Shown here: piece after piece, positions 62,073 through 64,000 of the stretch
Layout of the letters: each line of letters begins with the position of its first letter
How positions within the stretch are numbered: the first letter of the stretch is position 1
Virus record (IMG/VR): IMGVR_UViG_3300027759_000063
Location: 35,594-99,593 of that record
Source of the DNA: a virus
Strand: one strand, 5' to 3'
DNA: 64,000 nt
Notes under the pieces: generated by a model
Told to the model about the DNA's origin: nothing
The model's database searches: none
What the model saw: the letters and a program-made list of their open reading frames with translations, nothing else
Translations under genes and position numbers: made by a program

Positions 62073-63242
62073 ATGAGCACAACTGAACAAATTGTAGACC
62101 CTGCCAAACTTATTGAAGAAGGCAACCGACTGCGCGGTGAGAATCGCCCAGACCAAGCACTGAAATGTTACATGCTGGCCATGTGTCATGATCCTGACTC
62201 GTCGGCAGCATTCAACAACTATGGCAATGTATTACGTGAGTGTGGACATCCCAAACGAGGCATTCCGTTCTTGGAACATGCTACCATACTCGACCCCACC
62301 AGTGTCACAGCCCAATTTAACCTGGCAGTGAGTCATCTCATCATGGGCGATTATGCCCGTGGTTGGCCGGCATACGAAGCACGTTGGCAATACGAACATC
62401 TTGCCGGCACCGAGCCACAGCACAAACAACCGCGTTGGACTGGTGAAGATCTGAAAGACAAAACTATTCTTGTGGTAGGCGAGCAAGGACACGGGGACAA
62501 CATACAGTTTTGTAGATTCTTGTTTAACTTGCATGCTGCCGGTGCTAATGTGTTGTTTCAAGTCACAGATGGCATGATTCCATTGTTGACCAATACCAGC
62601 GTGATCAACTGGGTTGGTAGGTACACAGACCAACCTCCTGAATTTGACTACTGGATTCCTATCATGAGCATCCCCGGAGTGCTGGGTATTACGTTGGACA
62701 ATCTTCCCCGTCCCATCAATTACATTACTGCACAAGAAACACAAGTGAAAGAATGGTTAAGACTCATGGGTCCTAAAACACGCATGCGAGTGGGTTTTTC
62801 TTGGTCAGGACGCAGAGATGCCTGGCTGAACCAACACAAAGGTATGCCGTTTGAAAACATGTTGGAGTTGATCAAAAAAAATCCAGAGTATGAATGGATT
62901 AACTTGCAAGTAGATGCCACTGACGAAGAAACTCAAGCCCTGACTGCGGCTGGAGTAACAATGTATCCAGGAACTATTGCTAGTTTTGCCGACACTGCAG
63001 CCTTGATCATGTGCTTGGACGTTGTGATTTCAGTAGATACTGCCATTACACATCTAGCAGGAGCACTGGGCAGGCCCACCTGGCTGATGTTGCAGTGGTT
63101 TGCCACAGACTGGCGTTGGATGTTGGATCGCGACTCAAGTCCTTGGTACAGCACTGTTCGTATATTCCGCCAACCCGGCATGGGTGACTGGGCGTCAGTA
63201 ACTAAAAAGATAGCACAGTATCTCTCTTGGTTCAAAGTATAA
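62073..63242 (+). CDS. TPR-repeat glycosyltransferase (GT9-like C-terminal domain)
   Basis: TPRs (AFNNYGNVL, AQFNLA), EQGHGDNIQF, VG.SWSG, D.VISVDTAITHLAGALG.P, WRW...SPWY. Confidence 0.85.
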   Translation: MSTTEQIVDPAKLIEEGNRLRGENRPDQALKCYMLAMCHDPDSSAAFNNYGNVLRECGHPKRGIPFLEHATILDPTSVTAQFNLAVSHLIMGDYARGWPAYEARWQYEHLAGTEPQHKQPRWTGEDLKDKTILVVGEQGHGDNIQFCRFLFNLHAAGANVLFQVTDGMIPLLTNTSVINWVGRYTDQPPEFDYWIPIMSIPGVLGITLDNLPRPINYITAQETQVKEWLRLMGPKTRMRVGFSWSGRRDAWLNQHKGMPFENMLELIKKNPEYEWINLQVDATDEETQALTAAGVTMYPGTIASFADTAALIMCLDVVISVDTAITHLAGALGRPTWLMLQWFATDWRWMLDRDSSPWYSTVRIFRQPGMGDWASVTKKIAQYLSWFKV

Positions 63243-63259
63243 ACAAAATTGCAGCCAAC

Positions 63260-63284
63260 AAAAAAGCCCCTTTCGGGGCTTTTT
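63260..63284. terminator. Bidirectional rho-independent terminator
   Basis: AAAAAAGCCCC-TTTC-GGGGCTTTTT between convergent genes. Confidence 0.9.
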
Positions 63285-63316
63285 CGTCCTTCCCATCCCT
63301 GGAAAAGATTCTCTGA

Positions 63317-64000
63317 TTAGGAGAATGACAAGTTGGAAACTGCGATCTCGCCAACATAGTCACCAGCATTGCCGAATGAACTAGCTGTGTTGGTCAATTC
63401 GATGTAACCATAACGTGTCATAAATGACACGACTGGTTCGAATGTTGAAGGATCAAGCACAACACCGCTGCTCATCAAAGGAATGTATGGGCAGTAGAAT
63501 GCTGGTGCATCAGCTTCTGAAGAGCCTTTGTAACCGACCAACACGCTTTGTGTGTCAGCAGCATAGCTGTCAACGAACACACGCATAGAGCCGTTCAGGG
63601 TACCAACAAACTTGGTGTTGGTAGGTGCTTCGAATGTACCTTCTGTAGTGCGAGCAAAAGCAGAAGTTGTTGCAGATTGCAACACTGTCAGTGCAGCTGA
63701 AGAAACTACAGCGTAGTTACCAGCGCCACGACGTGTGCGTTGAGCAATCAAGTTAGCAACGCGGTTAACCAACACAGCCAGTGCGGCGTGTTCGTCACCA
63801 ACGAATGTTGCTGTACCAGAAACGGTAGCTTGGTTGTATGTGAACTCAGTAGCTGCCAGTGAACGCAAGCTCAAGAGAATCTCTTGGTCGATTTCAGCTG
63901 TAATCTCTTGAGCCAATGCTGCCATGATTTCTGCTTCAACGTCAATACCATGCATGGCTTGTGCGTCTTGTGCAGATTCAAATGTCCAGCGAGCTTGCAA
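63317..64000 (-). CDS. 23: Major capsid protein (gp23-like), C-terminal part; 5' end lies outside the window
   Basis: W..E.AQD..A.HG.D.EAE...EI..EI, TRRGAGN, GYKG..E.DA..FYCPYIPL, DP.TF.P...F.TRYG. Confidence 0.95.
   Translation of the reverse strand: MQARWTFESAQDAQAMHGIDVEAEIMAALAQEITAEIDQEILLSLRSLAATEFTYNQATVSGTATFVGDEHAALAVLVNRVANLIAQRTRRGAGNYAVVSSAALTVLQSATTSAFARTTEGTFEAPTNTKFVGTLNGSMRVFVDSYAADTQSVLVGYKGSSEADAPAFYCPYIPLMSSGVVLDPSTFEPVVSFMTRYGYIELTNTASSFGNAGDYVGEIAVSNLSFS

Noticed and set aside
1-64000. Stop-codon reassignment (the gene ends I checked are TAA or TGA)
   Set aside because: Core genes are full length in the standard code with dense coding and no TAG-interrupted frames, so scarcity of TAG alone is not evidence.

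Overview
This is a 64-kb segment of a large T4-superfamily (myovirus-like) phage genome, mostly coded on the minus strand in the standard genetic code. It carries (i) small 'early' gene cassettes, each with a near-identical sigma70-type promoter and usually the ribosome-binding region AGGAGCCA(A/G)CAATG (0.7-2.8 kb and 38.7-40.3 kb); (ii) a 13-gene glycosyltransferase/methyltransferase/nucleotidyltransferase cluster (2.8-12.5 kb); (iii) uvsY, uvsX and gp32; (iv) two large mosaic acidic proteins and several small proteins with capsid-targeting-like N-termini; (v) a radical-SAM/2OG-oxygenase/SGNH operon running into the large terminase; (vi) head-completion, tail tube, sheath, neck and tail-terminator genes; (vii) four very long fibre genes, three built of G-N-x-T repeats, with a Maf/Cst-like and a TPR glycosyltransferase beside them; and (viii) the 3' end of the major capsid gene. 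The strongest novel signals are: a 3'-UTR stem-loop whose loop is antisense to the shared RBS and start codon of four early genes (candidate phage anti-SD sRNA); a late-promoter-driven glycosylation apparatus beside sequon-dense fibres (candidate virion glycan coat); a four-way-junction leader RNA; tandem palindromic operators; promoter-switched RBS hairpins; widespread leaderless genes; and a probable AUU start codon. All protein assignments come from motif recognition, not database searches.
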